From assembly GCA_036172245.1 (NCBI GenBank), contig JAYWIR010000060.1, forward strand, positions 496,001 through 560,000: 64,000 nucleotides of DNA, given 5' to 3'. This stretch comes from Raillietiella orientalis. Lineage: Eukaryota. The notes below the pieces were generated by a model, which saw only the letters and a program-made list of their open reading frames with translations, had not been told where the DNA came from and ran no database searches. Below, piece by piece: positions 61,980 to 64,000 of this stretch (position 1 is the first letter of the stretch; each line of letters begins with the position of its first letter). The position numbers and the translations under genes were made by a program.

Positions 61980-63335
61980 GGGAAAGTGACCGAGGCCACT
62001 GTTCCGACGCTGGAGCGGATGGAGCTTCTGCAGCTCTGGTTCCGGACTGTTGCCCTAGCAATTGCGGAGCACCACCTGGTGCCATCCTGCGCGCCTCCTC
62101 GTGGAGCAGGGTCCACAGGTAGCACGGGACTCGCGCCCTTCCTTGCGCGCCATCGCCCTCGCAGCCTCCCATACTGCGGACTGCAGCTCCGGAGGGTGGC
62201 CACGCTCTACAAGATTAACATGGGATGGACCTCCTGCCATCCCACACACGGTAGCGCCTAGTTGCGGGTCAACCGTGCGCATGTGGTCAAAGCTCAACGA
62301 GTGATTCCCGGTGCAGGCGCAACGTCTGCTGCTGCTCTGTTCCTATAGCAACTGCTCGCTCCAGGAAATCCTGGGATATCACGGGAAGGGAGCATCGGCA
62401 GGAAGAACCTCCCTTGCCTCAGCACTGCCCTCTCTGAGGGAACATGTGGATAGAAGATGTCTTGTGGTTAGTTGGGAGGCCAGGAAAAATCCGAAATCTC
62501 CTACAGGAATTTTTATTCCTTTTCTTTTATTTATGACTTGGTAAAAGAACGACGGGCCATCCCGAGTAACCCACTCCGAGGACTTTTGCGATGATGCAAA
62601 CTACTGGGTATTCCTGAGGAAGACCAGCAGTGGTCCCTGGTGATCTTGGACACCCGCATCCTCCCCTTGAAGTGGCAGGAGTCGGTGCTGCAGTTGCAGC
62701 ACTGGGGTCTCTCGTGCGACGTCCGCCGTCATCGCTGGACACGGGTGATGGTGGTGCACCCGAACTGTGGCAAATGTGGAGAGCGCGAATTCCTCCCGTA
62801 CTTGCTTGTGGGACTGTGCTGCTCCCCGGTCCCTTCAGGAACGCTTCGCCGCGATCCTGGGAACCCCCAGAGGCAGCCCCAGGGACGCTTTCAAACCATT
62901 CCTCGTTTGTGACGCCCTCCGGCCGGCAGCCTCGCCAGCAGCTCTCTGCTGCCTACGTGGGATCGTCGCTGCTTGGAGCGATACGAAAGGAGGACCAATC
63001 GACAGGGATGCCACATCCAGTTCGCCGTTCGCTTCATGAGGATGGCAACGAGATGGCCCTCCTGGAGCACTGCATGAAGCAAGCGCTTGCCGGAATTTTC
63101 CGAAGGATGCGGAAAATTGTCCCCAGCTGGACGTGACCTCTTCCTGCACCTCCACCCCCACCCAGAGTTGATTTATTGATTTTATTTTTACTTCTTTTTG
63201 TTTGTCCTCCTCACCTCTGCTGCCGTGGCGTAACTCGCCGGTCTGCAAACCGTTCACCTGGCAGGCTTCCGTTGCAATGGGCGCTGTTGGTCCAACCACA
63301 ATCTGCTAAAAATGTGTACATTTATTTCAATAAAC
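61980..63335 (+). mobile_element. Second decayed 3' portion of a related non-LTR retrotransposon ORF2
   Basis: FRTVALAIA...; TRILPLKWQESVLQLQHWGLSCDVRRHRWT..HPNCGKCGEREFLPYLL; AAYVGSSLLGAIRK; T-rich 3' region and AATAAA near 63329. Confidence 0.7.
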
Positions 63336-64000
63336 GACCCGAAGTACCCGGGAGAGAAGCTGGGATTCGGATTCGCGGGAAGATGCCTTGTTCTGGTCAT
63401 CGGTCAGAGACGACGCTGCGACGCTTCCCGGCTTGCCCTGACACTGAATCTTGGAAAAATCTGGGGGATGAGGGGGCAGGGAGGTGGAACTCACGTGCGC
63501 CGACGTGCGCGGAAAGCGTTCCATCTTCCGCCTTTGGATCCAGGGCGGTAGTCACGTCACGAATCAAACGGGCGCCGTCGCGCCTGCCCTCGTTCGTGAA
63601 GGAACGAAGCATAAAAAAAGGGAAGGAGGGGAGGGGGAATCGGATCCGGGGAACTCTTCTGCGACGCCGTCATCCGAACTCGCTGGAGGCCAGCTGCCGA
63701 CCGGCCACGCAAGCCCGAGGAAGCAGAAGCGCTCTCGGAGCCGACTCACGGACGCCGGCCAACGCCCCCCTCGCCGACCTTCCTTTCCGCAGTTCCGGGC
63801 GCGGTAGATAAGAGCAGACAGAGCATCCTCCGGATCATTGACATGCGAGCTTCCGAAGCAGCACGGAGGAGGGCCTCTTGCCATTTTATGCTGCGGACGT
63901 GAAGAGAGGGGGGGGGGGGGCGAAATTGCGCAACGGCTCCGAGGCGCCACCAGCCGGTCTTCCGGTGAGCCAAAGACATTTCTCGCGAGGGGACTGCAGT

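Noticed and set aside
1..64000. CRISPR arrays, rRNA, tRNA, operons or prokaryotic defence systems
   Set aside because: None seen; the sequence is intron-containing animal DNA

Overview
Eukaryotic (arthropod-like, inferred from an argos gene) genomic DNA, mostly GC-rich and CpG-rich with many homopolymer runs. Three spliced genes can be read directly. (1) argos/giant-lens, a secreted EGFR-ligand antagonist, on the minus strand with exons at 3097-2948, 595-422 and 371-156, continuing off the left edge. (2) The last two coding exons of EFL1, the ribosome-maturation GTPase, on the plus strand at 6245-6429 and 20619-20807, separated by a 14.2-kb intron; its upstream exons are not visible, so argos appears to be nested antisense in an EFL1 intron. 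(3) A complete 15-exon Graf/ARHGAP26-family BAR-PH-RhoGAP-SH3 gene on the minus strand at 39224-34954 (706 aa), with introns as short as 41-43 nt. The right part holds an AT-rich, CpG-depleted island (~50-53 kb) and decayed non-LTR retrotransposon fragments (~41-46 kb and ~54-63 kb). No rRNA, tRNA, CRISPR or prokaryotic system was seen, and most long ORFs in the track look like GC-rich chance ORFs. I cannot claim a new biological system. The best leads are the argos-in-EFL1 nesting with Capicua-type octamers straddling the EFL1 exon, a CpG-depletion footprint, a 12-nt micro-exon candidate and a perfect double hairpin. All protein identifications come from recalled family motifs, not database searches.
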